Positions 13,485 to 25,745 of a DNA stretch of 64,000 bases are shown here, piece by piece. Location of the stretch: the NCBI GenBank assembly GCA_028534125.1, contig CM052816.1, positions 94,552,001 to 94,616,000 on the forward strand, written 5' to 3'. The notes under the pieces are model-generated. The model was not told the DNA's origin. It searched no databases and saw only the letters and a list, made by a program, of their open reading frames with translations. A program made the position numbers and the translations under genes. Every line of letters begins with the position of its first letter. The first letter of the stretch is position 1. The DNA comes from Lama glama. Taxonomy: Eukaryota.

Positions 13485-13850
13485 TTTCAGGCCAGGTTCC
13501 CCGGGAAGCGGACCGATATGAAGAGTAGCATCCAGGAGGTTTGTGGGGGTCTCTTGGGATCAACATTGCGCAAGGGAAGGGACCAGGACACTGGGAGGGT
13601 CAGAGGGAGAAGGTGGGCTGGTGCAGTCACAGCAAAGGCCCCGCCCACCTACGGAAGGGGAAAGGGGGCGAGGACTGCATGTGCTCACATTCTACCTTCC
13701 CGGGTTGTGGGCTCCAGGAGAAGAGCGGGGAGCTGATTCTCGGGCTGAGCTGCTTCCAGGGAGCTGACAGCTGAGGATTGTCTGGCAGCTGGAGGAATAG
13801 ATCCTTCCTTCCTGAGAGAGATCGGGGCAGAGCGTCACAGCCTCCACCAT
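13485..13850 (-). mobile_element. ERVL LTR (LTR16-like)
   Basis: ggttccccgggaagc...caggaggtttgtggggg...gggatcaaca...cagagggagaag resembles recalled LTR16-family consensus. Confidence 0.6.
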
Positions 13851-14159
13851 AGTTACTATCTCCTGTAATAATGTCACTGGACTTTATTTAGCAGACAAGC
13901 AAATCAGTGAGCAAAATCATTGTTAAAAGACAATGTCATCTTTGGTGAAGGCAGCAGACTATAAATTCCTATGTGAGGTGTTTCAACTGTGTGAAGTATT
14001 TACAGAAAAGAAGCCTGGAAAATCACAAAAGAACGAGTGTTGTCTTCGGGTGGCTTTAATTTTGTTTCTTACTCTTTTCTGAGATGTCCCCCTTTAATAA
14101 TTAATATTTACTACCTTATGGTGAAAATACCCCATGTCAGTAACTCACCTTAATTTTTT

Positions 14160-14444
14160 ATTGTTGTTGTCATTCTTTTTTTTTTTAATTTTATTTATTT
14201 TTTTCTAGTTTACAGTGTGTTTCAGTCATACATATACATATAATTTATTTTCAAATCCTTGTTTATTGCAGTTTACTATAAGATACTGAATGTAGCTTCC
14301 TGTGCTATGCAGTAGTACCTTGCTGTTTACCTGTTTTATATATAGTAGTTAGTGTCCGCAAATCTTTGAACTCCCAGTTTGCCACTTCCCACCCTCTTCC
14401 CCACTGGTAAGCATAAGTTTGTTCTCTATGTTTGTGAGTCTCTT
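14160..14444 (-). mobile_element. 5'-truncated LINE-1 3' end
   Basis: T-tail plus L1 3' UTR motifs. TSD tcaccYtaatWtttt at 14145-14159 and 14445-14459. Confidence 0.85.
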
Positions 14445-16504
14445 TCACCCTAATATTTTTAGTTTACCCCCAGGAGCCAAGGGCTTCTGTCTGCCCTCCA
14501 CCTCCTCATCCCTCACCTACATAGATTTCATTCCTTGATTAGTCCCCTCTTGTTTGCTTTTGTTCCTGTATTTCACATGTTGCCGTGGCCCTACTATTCC
14601 TAGTTTCGTTGGCCAACCCTGCTTTTTTTGGGAACAATTGTGTCATCTACTTTAGCCTGCTCACACTGGATTTGGCCTTCTTTTGTAAATTCAGAATAGA
14701 TAATTCTAACAAGGTGTTGATATTTTCCATCACTTCCTGTCCCACCAGTGGAGTAAGCCTATAATGATGGTTATGTCTGCAAGATGTGTTAGATTGTGCA
14801 TAGAAGAATTTATTTTAAAGCTACTTTAGTGTAAATGGTATAAAATGTATGTGTTTGCAAGGTGAGATTTTTTCACCCTAGGCATGGATGATTAGCAGTT
14901 AAGAATCCCAATCAGGAGTTCATAATCGAGGCATGGTCACTGGGCCCTTCAAAAATGGGTACCAAAATCTACACCACTGGATTCTGCCAATGCAGAAGGG
15001 CTGCCTGAGACATGCAGTCATGGGTGAGATGAGCTGTGTGAAGGTATATATGTGGTTAGAGATGGCAGGGCCCTACCACCGTTGTGTGACAGGTGTCAGA
15101 TTCTGGAAAGTTCTGCACTCTGGAACTCTGGGTACAGGGCTCAGGGCTTGAGGACTGAAGTCCTGTGGATCTCACTACTCTCCAGGTCCAGAAGATTCAG
15201 TCTCCTGGACTGAGTGGAGACTGGCCATTCCTGCCAGGGAAATGCTGCTTTATTATTCTTGGAGTGAACTTCAGCTTTCTTCTGGGAAGTTGCTGGCCCC
15301 AGCACCTAAAAGCAGAGAGGGGGGCTCCCCCGTGCCACAAACGCAGGCTGGGCGACCTTTGTGTCTGCTGGGCAATGATGCCAAAATGGGTTTAACGCTG
15401 GATTCTCTCAAACCACATGGTTGGGACAGGATTATTCCTCTCCCATCCATTTCTATTGATACTTACCAAAATAATCCTTCAATTGGTATTTTCATTATGT
15501 ATTTAGATGTTAGAAGCCATTCTGGAATCCTCACTTCACACTTGCTTCCCAGCTGGAATTGTTACAACTTCCTTGATACTGAAAAGTTTGAGGTGGGCAC
15601 ACAGGGAGTTAAAACCAATGGAGATACTGTACTCGAGGAGAATCTAGGCTGCGCATTTGATAGAAGCATTTTGGTATCTGAAACTAAGCTAACTTCAGGG
15701 CACAGTATAGCTTAAAGCTCTGGAAAGAATACAGCTTAAAAAGCAATCTTATGGCCGATAGTGTGTAATTTCAAGATAAATTATTGTTTCTAAATAACGT
15801 AGGGATGATGGAGTTACCAATACAAAAGGATTTTGATAATTCCGTTCTAGGTACCTAAAAGCATATTGTTCTGAGTAATTTTTAAAGACAATAAACCAAA
15901 GCAAGATCTTTCAAAGCCATGATTTTAGATTGTTTAAGATACGATTAATCTCTTTACAGCCCTTTTTTATGAAAATATTTCTACATCTATTTGAAATTTT
16001 ACTCTAACTAAAGCTGAAGTGATCTGCATAATCCTGGGTTACTTGGAAGTTCCCATTCATATTCATGGTTTGGTTAAAGATCGAGTAAATCCGTAGCATG
16101 CATTGTATTTAGGAGACTACAAAACCCATTTCCAAACTAAGCTTTATTTGATTATGCTCCCGTGAGGATATTGCTTTTCATTGAATCTTTTTTTTTTTTC
16201 TGTGAGTTTCTCTTGAGCACTAAAGCAGAGTTAAAAATAGCTCAGAGATGGCTCAAGGTATGTAGAACCATAATGTATATTTCTTATTTATGAACTATAG
16301 AAGAGTTTCTATTCGTTATTGTCAGCTTTTCTGAATATCTACAAAGAAAATGTACCTCCTCGAAAGAAGGCTGCGGCTTTACGGAGCATTTCCTTTTTTT
16401 TTTTTTTAACAGAAATTAGATAATCAATTTATTAGCATTCCCAAACGTAACAATAGCTCTGTTTAAAAGGAAAAAAAAAACAACAACCCCCACCCCTGTT
16501 TTTA

Positions 16505-16650
16505 GAGGAGGATGTATCTCAGGGGTGGAGTGCACGCCTAGCATGCACAAGGTCCTTCGTTCAATCCCCAGCACCTCCATTAAAAAAAAAAAAAAGCAAG
16601 CCTAACTACCGTTCCCCGCACCCCACCCCCAAAAACACAGACCAATAAAA
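16505..16650 (+). mobile_element. Vic-1-like SINE
   Basis: ctcaggggtggagtgc...gttcaatccccagcacctccattaaaaaa...cctaactacc. Confidence 0.85.
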
Positions 16651-19600
16651 ATGCTTTATAGAATTTTTAAAAGTCCTATAAAAAACTGTTTTTATGCATC
16701 TGATAGAACATTCAGGCTAGCATTGTTCCCTCATTTGGCCGTGTGTACATAATCTAGGATTCCCACTTTGATTTGGGAAGACCCCCTCAGTCCTACCTTG
16801 GGTGAGTCCTTGATTTTCATCACCTTTTGGCCAGGAATAAGCAGCTTTTACTTCTCCAGATCTCACAGCAAGTGACGGCAGGTATGCCCAAGCATCCTTG
16901 GTCTGTTCTCTGCCATCTGCTGCAAGCATTCATGTGCCAAGGTTAGTGCAGTGTGCGCCTGGGGCTTCTCTTCCCAAGTGTTTTCATCACCCAGTGATGT
17001 CAGCGCAGGTCTGCATCCTCCTGTTAGAGGATCAGAAACGCAGGTGTGCCCCCCGAAGCCAGTGACATAAACTGTCCGCCCCAGGGCAGCTCTGCCTGGC
17101 CCCAGCAGCCAGGGGACTACCTCCGTGCTGAGGGTACGAAGCAGCTTGATGCCCCCACTGCAATCAGGGCTGACAGAGATTAATTCAGAGAAATGCCTGC
17201 CACACCCAGGTGCTTTTTTCTATTCAGCAAGTGTATCGATGCTCCCGTCCTTTGAGCCTGGTCCAAACCCTGCCCCAGACGTCCAGCTGGGAATGGCCGT
17301 CGTCCCTGAGGCAAGGTCAGGCTGAGTTGGGCCAGGTTTGGCATCAGTATGTATCTGGACATTTGGGACAGAGTTTTGGGAAACCTTGACTCCACTCAGA
17401 AGTCTGGTACCAGCCCCAGATCCCGCAACTCCCTTTTGGTGGTTTCCAAGGAAGCTTGATTCCTGTTCTACTCAGGGCTGTCCCAGCCCCTCTGATACCT
17501 TCCAGTTACTTTGACTGTATAAAACCGCCAATGGAGGACTAACTCCGGAATATGTTTAATGAGAAACTTCATGTTAAAGTGGATCGTGGGGAATGCATCT
17601 TCATCCCCGTGGGTTGCTGTGCTTTACTTGATGAACCTGAAGTAAGCGTACAAATGAAAAGCTGCCCTTTCGTTCCTTCAGAGCATGGTTTTGAAGCTCT
17701 GAGAATAATCGGTGTTCCCAAAAGCCTCTGTGCATACAGCCCAAGGCAGACTTCGCTTGAATTTACCACGATGCCTCCTTGATGGATGGCGGTGTCATTT
17801 GACACCAAGTACAATTGCAGGAGTAACAATATGTTCATTCTTCCTGAGCCGTAGATGAGACCGATTGTGAAAATGACATTGATGGATAAGCCCCCAGGGA
17901 GCTTTTAAATGTGCCTCTCTTTACATGGATGCTAGTACCGCGTGGTTTCTTTTTCAACTGAACCTGTTAATACTATTATGTGACTATGATATTATTCTAG
18001 TTTACTTGCTTTTCTAGAGAAATCTGTTTACTTCTAGTTAGAAAATGCTCTAGACCTCGAATACATCTCAGTAGCCAAGTCACAAACTGTTTGACCTTTT
18101 TTAGAAGACACCCTAGGGTATCGGTTTAGGGAGACATTCGTTATACAAATGTTGATCGTGTGTCTCTCTGCCCGCTGTTCTCTGTCAAGTGCCGCGGGGA
18201 AAATAAGGCTTAAGATCACCCTCTCTTCTTTAAGAGGACACAGTAAAATTTAGAAGACAGGTGTATATGAAATGTTAAATATAGCGACATTGTCGCTTGG
18301 AAGAGTGTTATCCAATAACTGAATTCCTGGTGAGAAACTCTAACTGTAGTAATGATTAAAAAAAAAAAAAAGTCCCAGAGATGCCTAGTGGATTGTTGTG
18401 GAAGGAGGTGACAGCACTGCTCTTCCTCCAGATTTTGATGTTTCTGGTGTCTCACAGCAGGTGATGGAAAATTGGAGATCTTTACCTACAAAGCCAGAGA
18501 ACTTAAATCAAAATGTTTGCATTGAAACGCTTCCTAAATTCTTTGGGAAAATCAAGTATGATTATATGCTTTTAGTTTGAACATTTTATTCATAATATAA
18601 AAGACAGCGTTTCTATTTGTGCACAGTCTGTAAGTAAGTGTCTGTAAGTTTAACTCTGAAGCATCATGTGTGTTGCAAGAGCCTCCTGGCCAAAGAGGGT
18701 ACCCAGAGAGGAGGTTTCCTGTTGCCACTTCAGCAATTGTTGATGACTAATAATTCTGTAACCATTTCTTGTTGATAACTGTGCTCTAAGTTCTGTGGGT
18801 TGGGCTGAGCATAAAAAATCTCCATTGGTAATTCCAGTGTGGACGTTTGACCATGTTTAAAAGCACTGAGGCGCTCACTGGTGCGTTTCCTCTCACTCTC
18901 GGGAAGGACCATCTATGATGAACACAAAACCCACTTTCAGCTTCTTTACACAAGCTGCTTCTCCGAGTTAGGTAACGTTAGTTACATATTCTGCTTAAAT
19001 TCCTGTGTCAGATCATATCATGCAAAGAATTATGAATAAGCTATGGATCAATGAACACAGCAGATAAGGGATGCTAGTTCAAGGACTCAAGTAAAAGGAC
19101 ACCATTATAGTCTTTGTGTGTGTGTGTGTTTGCTTGCTTCGCATAACGGGAAACAAAGATAAGCTTTGCATAGTGAGTGAACTCTTCGTACGCAATTTGA
19201 TGTATGATGTAAGTCCCAGTGTATATTGCCACCAGAGAACGTTCATACTACATTTATTTTGTTCTGAGCAATAATTGTGTTGAAGTGTCTAGATGCTTTG
19301 TTAAAAATAGAAAAGGTAGACTCTTTTAGAGAAAGGAATTTCTTAAGGAAGAGCTAGAAGCTATACCCCCCGCCTCCCGCCCCTTTGTCTCTAGTACCAA
19401 TCTTCCAATTACCTAAAATCCTCATGGAGAGAGGGCTTTGTTGGGGAAAGAAACTGTGTGAACACTGGGTTCTCTGTTCATGCCATGTCACTGTCACCGC
19501 CTCCCCTACCATTAAAGCACCAAGGACCGGAGTGTCGCTTCCCTGGTCCTTCTAGACTCAAAGCAACAATCAAACCACTCTGTTTGCTGATGCTTGAAAT

Positions 19601-19739
19601 CCTGTTAGCCAAAGGACAAAAGCCTTTCATTCCGAAAATTAGAACCAGACTACTTTGGGTTTAATGCTTGAGAGGGGTTGTGTTGAAGTCGGGGTGTTAC
19701 AAGTCAAGGAGACCGCTCAGATCGCTGTTTTGTCAGGAG

Positions 19740-19850
19740 GTGAAGTGCGCAGTTGTGCCTGGCGCGGGCGGGGGCTGGGCCGGGGCGGGGCGGGGGGAGC
19801 CCGAGACCCTGCGCGGGGCGCATCGGGGTGGGGAGCCAGGGCGCTGGCGG
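19740..19850. promoter_or_regulatory. GC-box (Sp/KLF) cluster in a small CpG-rich patch; candidate promoter or enhancer
   Basis: ggcgcgggcggggctgggccggggcggggcgggggg contains several GGGCGG motifs and dense CpG in an otherwise CpG-poor window. Confidence 0.5.
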
Positions 19851-20140
19851 GATTAGGGTTCCTCCCGTCTATCATCTTACCTTCAACAGAGACAATTCCA
19901 GAAGGAGCTGGCCCTTAAGGGATTTTTTTTTTTCCTTCTGAACAAGCATTTCTGCCCATCATGATTTATGAGGATCGCTTTTTGAACATGGCTGAACTTG
20001 TATAACCAGGGGATTAATTAGCTAAAGAATCGCTGTGACAATAACAGATAAAGCGCCAGAACCCAGGGCCTTAGGGGGAGGCCTGGAGACCAGACAGTGC
20101 CTGGTGAAAAGGAAGATGGGAGGTGTGGGCAGTCTGAACT

Positions 20141-20168
20141 CCACCCCACCCCACCCCACCCCACCCCC
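20141..20168. repeat. (CCCCA)n pentanucleotide repeat
   Basis: ccaccccaccccaccccaccccaccccc. Confidence 0.9.
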
Positions 20169-21130
20169 AGCCCCCGATTCACAGCAAGGAGAGGTCAGTG
20201 TGTGCTGACCAGGGCCAAGGAGGGCTCATCAATAGAGGAGTTAGTGGACTTAGTAGAGAAAGGTGGGCGGGATTTGGATATGCAACCAGGCGGCATTCCA
20301 GCTGGGGGTGGGGGGAGAGGGAGGGGCAGGAGAGAGAGAGAGCAGATGCCGGGAAGCCCCCCACGCGTTAGCTCTTTCAGGCACCAGTGAATAAACCAGT
20401 CCGTTCTTCTCACTGTGTTCCTCTCCGCGGGGCCCTGCCGTTCTCACGATCATGTGTTCTGTATCCACCCAAAGTTTCTATCTCAAGAGGTGTGGACTCC
20501 AGCCTAGGTACTTTGCACCTGAACCACCAAACCGATGGACACCAGAGAAATGTCCTTTTGTAGGACTGAGATTATCCTGGTATAGAGTGATAACATAAAA
20601 AGAGGATTGGCGGTTTCCGCTCTGGGTGCTGAAGTTCAAGGTCATTAACTGTTGAGGGACTGCTGGTTATGCACCTGTGCCTCAGTACATGTACTCTGTG
20701 CATTTATGTCTACTGGGAAGTTATTTTTCAAAGGCGTAAAAACACCTCCAAAATAGAAACCATATCGAAAGTAATCTTATGTGATTTAAAAATAGCTCTG
20801 TTACACATCTGCGTGATCACTCCGGATATTATAAAATGATGTGCTTTAGAGCTGGAACAAGCCTTGAAGAAAACCTAATTGTTATCCTTCATAATTTTGT
20901 TCTGTATTAAGCTTTGAACATGACCAGTATTTGTGGATTATGTGTGAAATTAGTGCCAGTTACGGAATTTAAAAAATCTACATGTTCAATGGCAAATGAC
21001 ACGGGAAGCCTGCCTGTTGCATATAATCATGTCAGATAGCTCCACTGCAAGTTCTTGATATCAGAAATATTAGGCAAGATATGTTGAAAATGTCCTTGTT
21101 TCCCACAGAAACTTGATTTTTAAAAGTGAA

Positions 21131-21168
21131 GGGGAGAGTATAGCTCAGTGGTAGAGCGTGTGCTTAGC
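21131..21168 (+). mobile_element. 5' portion only of a Vic-1-like SINE
   Basis: ggggagagtatagctcagtggtagagcgtgtgcttagc has the A box, but the B box and tail are absent. Confidence 0.85.
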
Positions 21169-21176
21169 GCTCTAAG

Positions 21177-22620
21177 CACAAGATCTTGTATATTTCCCTG
21201 TGCTATACAGTATAATCTTGTTTATCTATTCTACATTTTGAAATCCCAGTCTGTCCCTTCCTACTCCCCGCCCCCTTGAACCATAAGTTTGTATTCTATG
21301 TCTATGAGTCTGTTTCTGTTTGGTATTTATGTTTTGTTTTGTTTTGTTTTTTTTAGATTCCACATATGAGCGATCTCATATGGTATTTTTCTTTCTCTTT
21401 TTGGCTTACTTCATTTAGAATGACATTCTCCAGGAACATCCATGGTGCTGCAAATGGCGTTATGTTGTCATTTTTATGGCTGAATAGTATTCCATCGTAG
21501 AAATATACCACCTCTTCTTTATCCAGTCATCTGTTGATGGGCACTTAGGCTGTTTTCATGTCTTGGCTATTGTAAATAGTGCTGCTATGAACATTGGGGT
21601 GCAGGTGTCATTTTGAAGTAGGGTTCCTTCTGAATATATGCCCAGGAGCGGGATTCCTGGGTCATACGGTAAGTCTATTCCTAGTCTTTTGAGGACTCTC
21701 CATACTGTTTTCNNNNNNNNNNNNNNNNNNNNNNNNNNNNNNNNNNNNNNNNNNNNNNNNNNNNNNNNNNNNNNNNNNNNNNNNNNNNNNNNNNNNNNNN
21801 NNNNNNNNNNNNNNNNNNNNNNNNNNNNNNNNNNNNNNNNNNNNNNNNNNNNNNNNNNNNNNNNNNNNNNNNNNNNNNNNNNNNNNNNNNNNNNNNNNNN
21901 NNNNNNNNNNNNNNNNNNNNNNNNNNNNNNNNNNNNNNNNNNNNNNNNNNNNNNNNNNNNNNNNNNNNNNNNNNNNNNNNNNNNNNNNNNNNNNNNNNNN
22001 NNNNNNNNNNNNNNNNNNNNNNNNNNNNNNNNNNNNNNNNNNNNNNNNNNNNNNNNNNNNNNNNNNNNNNNNNNNNNNNNNNNNNNNNNNNNNNNNNNNN
22101 NNNNNNNNNNNNNNNNNNNNNNNNNNNNNNNNNNNNNNNNNNNNNNNNNNNNNNNNNNNNNNNNNNNNNNNNNNNNNNNNNNNNNNNNNNNNNNNNNNNN
22201 NNNNNNNNNNNNCTCATTGTAGTTTTGATTTGCATTTCTCTGCTAATTAGTGATATTGAGCATTTTCTCATCTGCCTATTGATCATTTGTAATTGTTCCT
22301 TGGAGAATTGCTTGTTTAGGTCTTCTGCCCATTTTTGGATTGGGTTGTTTGTTTTTTTTCTTACTAAGTTATAGGAGCTGCTTATATATTCTGGAGATCA
22401 AGCCTCTGTTGGTTTCATTTGCAAAAATCTTCTCCCATTCTGTAGGTTGTCTTTTTGTTTTACTTATGGTTTCCTTTGCATGCAGAAGCTTGTAAGTTTG
22501 ATTAGGTCCCATTTGTTTATTCTTGCTTATATTTCTATTGCTTGGGTAGACTGCCCTAGGAGAACATTTTTGAGATGTGTGTCAGATAATGTTTTGCCTA
22601 TATTTTCTTCTAGGAGGTTC
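21177..22620 (-). mobile_element. Young LINE-1 (3' UTR plus end of ORF2), lacking its extreme 3' end and spanning the gap
   Basis: High similarity to the reverse complement of 1-150. Minus-strand translation after the gap ([19 protein letters not shown]) is L1 ORF2-like. Confidence 0.92.
21713..22212. other. Assembly gap of 500 N
   Basis: Direct observation. Confidence 1.
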
Positions 22621-23889
22621 ATTTATTATCCAAGAACGGTGCCTGTGTACAGTGAATGGTGTATTCCTATACGGAATAATGGGATTTAATGAGTCTTGAA
22701 TAATGTGGTCTGATACCTGCTGTGGCCCTGTCTACCATCTTGTCCTGAGTAGGCTGGGACCAGAATGAATGGGAAGTACTGGTCTGTGATATCCCTGGAC
22801 TGTGTGAGACCCTCGTTCACCTGGGGAAACAGCTGGCCACTGCGGCACGTCCTCACTGTGACCACTGATTTGGTACTATCTCCCTGCAGATAGAGCCAGG
22901 ATAGGATGTTGAATTCTAACGTGGAGAAGAGAATTGACTGTCGTCTGTGGCAATGCTTCTAGAGGCACATGCTAAACAAAAGCCGGATTGTGGTGATGGG
23001 GTTATTACTTGAAACTTGGAGTTTTACAACTGGAAGGGAAGGGACAGGCTTCAGATGAAAACTAAGTCCCGCATGAAAGGTGATTTGTCCGAAATCAGGA
23101 AGTTGAGACTCTGCAGCTGGATCTCTATGACTTCCTGTCCAAGGCTGCGTCCACTAAACCACCCCGTCCAGAGGCTGAGTAATAAATTGTACCTTCATCA
23201 TGTCTTTCATGCAAAATTTACGATCTTTATTCCGATGCACTCAAAACTCTGTTTAAGTGACAGTATTAAATAGATTACTCTCTATTTAACATTTCCCTAC
23301 CTATTTAATATTTTAAATTCTCCCACTCTTTGATGCCAGAACGAATAGCCAGTAGCCACACAGTGTGCCTGATTGATTTGAGACGGGTCTCTTTCTTCCC
23401 TGGGCTTTAACGTCACCACGTGAGGCTAGTCGCACACTGCTGCGTAGGTTACAGCAGTATTCTTTCTACACGTAATCAGTTATCCATAAAGGGCGAGAGA
23501 GAAGCGTTTATAAATCATTCCTGTTGGGAGGGGATCTGGTATCGCTCATCGTTGTACTGGGATACCGAGCTCTCCGCATCATTTCCTAATGGATGTTTAA
23601 CACTGGCCATGCGCTGTTCGGTCAGCGAGCATCCACTGGGTTTGCTACATCCGTAACACTCTATCCAGCCTCAGAAGGGACGCAACATAATCTTTGTATA
23701 AGTAAAACTAACAAGAGGCTAAGACTTGACCAACACTCAATATACATTTACTAAATGCTTAATTTCTGCCAGATACTGTGTTAGGATCAGAAGACTAGTA
23801 ACGTGTGGCAGATGACTTTGAAGAGTGCTAAGGAAATTCAAAGTAGATGATGATTAAGTATGTGTTGAGTGGTGATGGTGGGGAGGATG

Positions 23890-24070
23890 ATGATGCCGGA
23901 GTGCACTGAGCATGTACCGTGAACTGAGCGTATGATACATGTTTGACCTGGATTATTTAATTCAATTTTCAGAATAACCGTTTAAGATCAGAGCTGTCAT
24001 TATTCCTTCGTAAGTGTGATGGTGAAGAAATAGAGACTTAGATAGATGACAAAAACTGCTTGAGAATGAT
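23890..24070 (-). mobile_element. MIR fragment
   Basis: cactgagcatgtacc...attatttaattc...gatggtgaagaaatagagacttaga. Confidence 0.6.
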
Positions 24071-25212
24071 CAAGGAAGGCTCAACTAGACAGAAGGGTCC
24101 TCTGATAAGGTTCTTGGTGTTAAAATAGGATTTATTTGACATGTGATTGTGGGGGAAGGAGGCAAAATTAAAAGTGCTGTTGAAAGGTAAATAGCCTTAA
24201 AAAATATGGCCATCTTAATTTTGAAAAAAGCATCTTTGATGTGTCATTTTCCCTTTGATATGGATATTTATTGTATTTTTAACTCATAATAAGTACACCA
24301 CCTGTGTGAGCATTCAAATCACTCCTCTACTCCTCCATGAATTAAAATAGGAAGTACAGAAATGAGGAAAACAATGACAATTACATCAAGTATAAAGTAT
24401 AAACCAAATAGTGCAAAGTCGTCATTTCTTTTCACTTGTTTCTTTCGGTTCACAGAATCACACTGTTCTGTTGTGAAATGCAAGTGGCTACCGTCATTAG
24501 CATTTCTCATAAAGAGGAATCCTGACTGTATTAAGTCTATTTGTTGCAGACTGCTAGGTGCTGAGCTATGGGAGATGGCAGATGAAGTAGCACAGTTTCC
24601 CCACAAAAGCTCTCAAGATCAGCAGGAGAGTGGGGCTGCCCGTCTGATGGGGAAAGCGGGAGGCATGATGGTGGGTGAGGAGGCACTGGCTGAAGGCAGT
24701 CAAAGCTGGAAGGGCTATCCTTTGAGGTCAGTCTAGACAGCATCAGGCAAGACTCTAAGGAAACTAAATAAAGCCTTGGAGAGTCCTACAAGTGAGAAGT
24801 TGCTACGACTGAAATCAAGGCCTGAAGCTAAACTGTAGGTTTCTCAGAAGCAACAGTAGAAGGAATTCTGCTACTAGAGCTTACTCACTTTAGACCTAGC
24901 ACAGGCTTCACTCTGCCGTGGTGATTTTTGGCATTCCTACTTGGTGGGAGGGTGGTTAAATCCAGCGTGACAGTTCCCTTCTGGAGAACTTACACTCATA
25001 CCATGTATTACAGATGGACCTGATCCTTCTGTTTAATACTTGGAATCAACAATTCTAATGCAGATTGGCCAAGGGAATGGAATGCAGACAAAGCCGATCC
25101 AAGTTTTACTAGAAAAGAGGGTCCTAATATAGAGATAATCTATAGTCACTCTTTACCAGGTCAAGTCATGGTTTTTCCGGGAAGAATAAAGTTTACACAC
25201 ACACCACACTCT

Positions 25213-25745
25213 CTTCCTTCCCTCCTTCCTTCCCTCCATCCATCCATTCATCCATCCATTCATCTATCCATCCTTTGATCTAGAAAACATTTAACTAAAT
25301 TCTTCCTGTGTCTCATGACTCATGGGTCTTAAGTACTAGTCGGGGGAGACAATAAACCAGTAAACAAGAAAATAAAATCCAGGTAATTTCAACGAGTATG
25401 TTGTGCCCACCGCTGAAAGTGCAGATGCAGAAGCCAAGGTGCCAATGGTTTAGAACTGAACCACCCTAATATTTAACAGCTGAGCAGAAGGAAAGAGCCC
25501 ACAAAAGAGAATGAAAAGCAAAGCATAAGAGCCTTTAAGTCAGAGATGCCAAGAAGAGAGGATTTCTGTGCTGCTAGACGATGTGGAAGATGATTCAGGG
25601 TTAGGAACTATTGGGTAGGCTAACATGGAAGCCATTGGTGACCTTGGCAAGACCAATTTCAGTGAAATGGTAGGCATGAAAGTTTTTAGTCGGTGAATAG
25701 TACACGAAGAAGTGGAAGCTTTTGAAAGTTTTGCTGTAAAAAGAA
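25213..25745 (-). mobile_element. L2 fragment with a (CCTT)/(CCAT)n tail repeat
   Basis: Simple repeat at 25213-25273 followed by antisense L2 motifs (aacatggaagccattggtgaccttggcaagacc). Confidence 0.65.

Noticed and set aside
15242..15715. 157-aa plus-strand ORF
   Set aside because: No recognisable domain or exon structure; ORFs of this size occur by chance in 64 kb.
21131..21168. tRNA-Ala-like sequence here and in the other six SINE copies as tRNA genes
   Set aside because: They are diverged, truncated or followed by SINE tails and TSDs, with no intact cloverleaf. They are tRNA-derived SINEs.
21638..22286. The two longest ORFs (194 and 201 aa)
   Set aside because: Artefacts of translating through 500 N inside an L1.
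24319..24510. 63-aa minus-strand ORF with a hydrophobic C-terminal stretch (possible micropeptide)
   Set aside because: No recognisable homology or promoter/splice context. The T-rich strand composition alone yields F/L/I/V runs.
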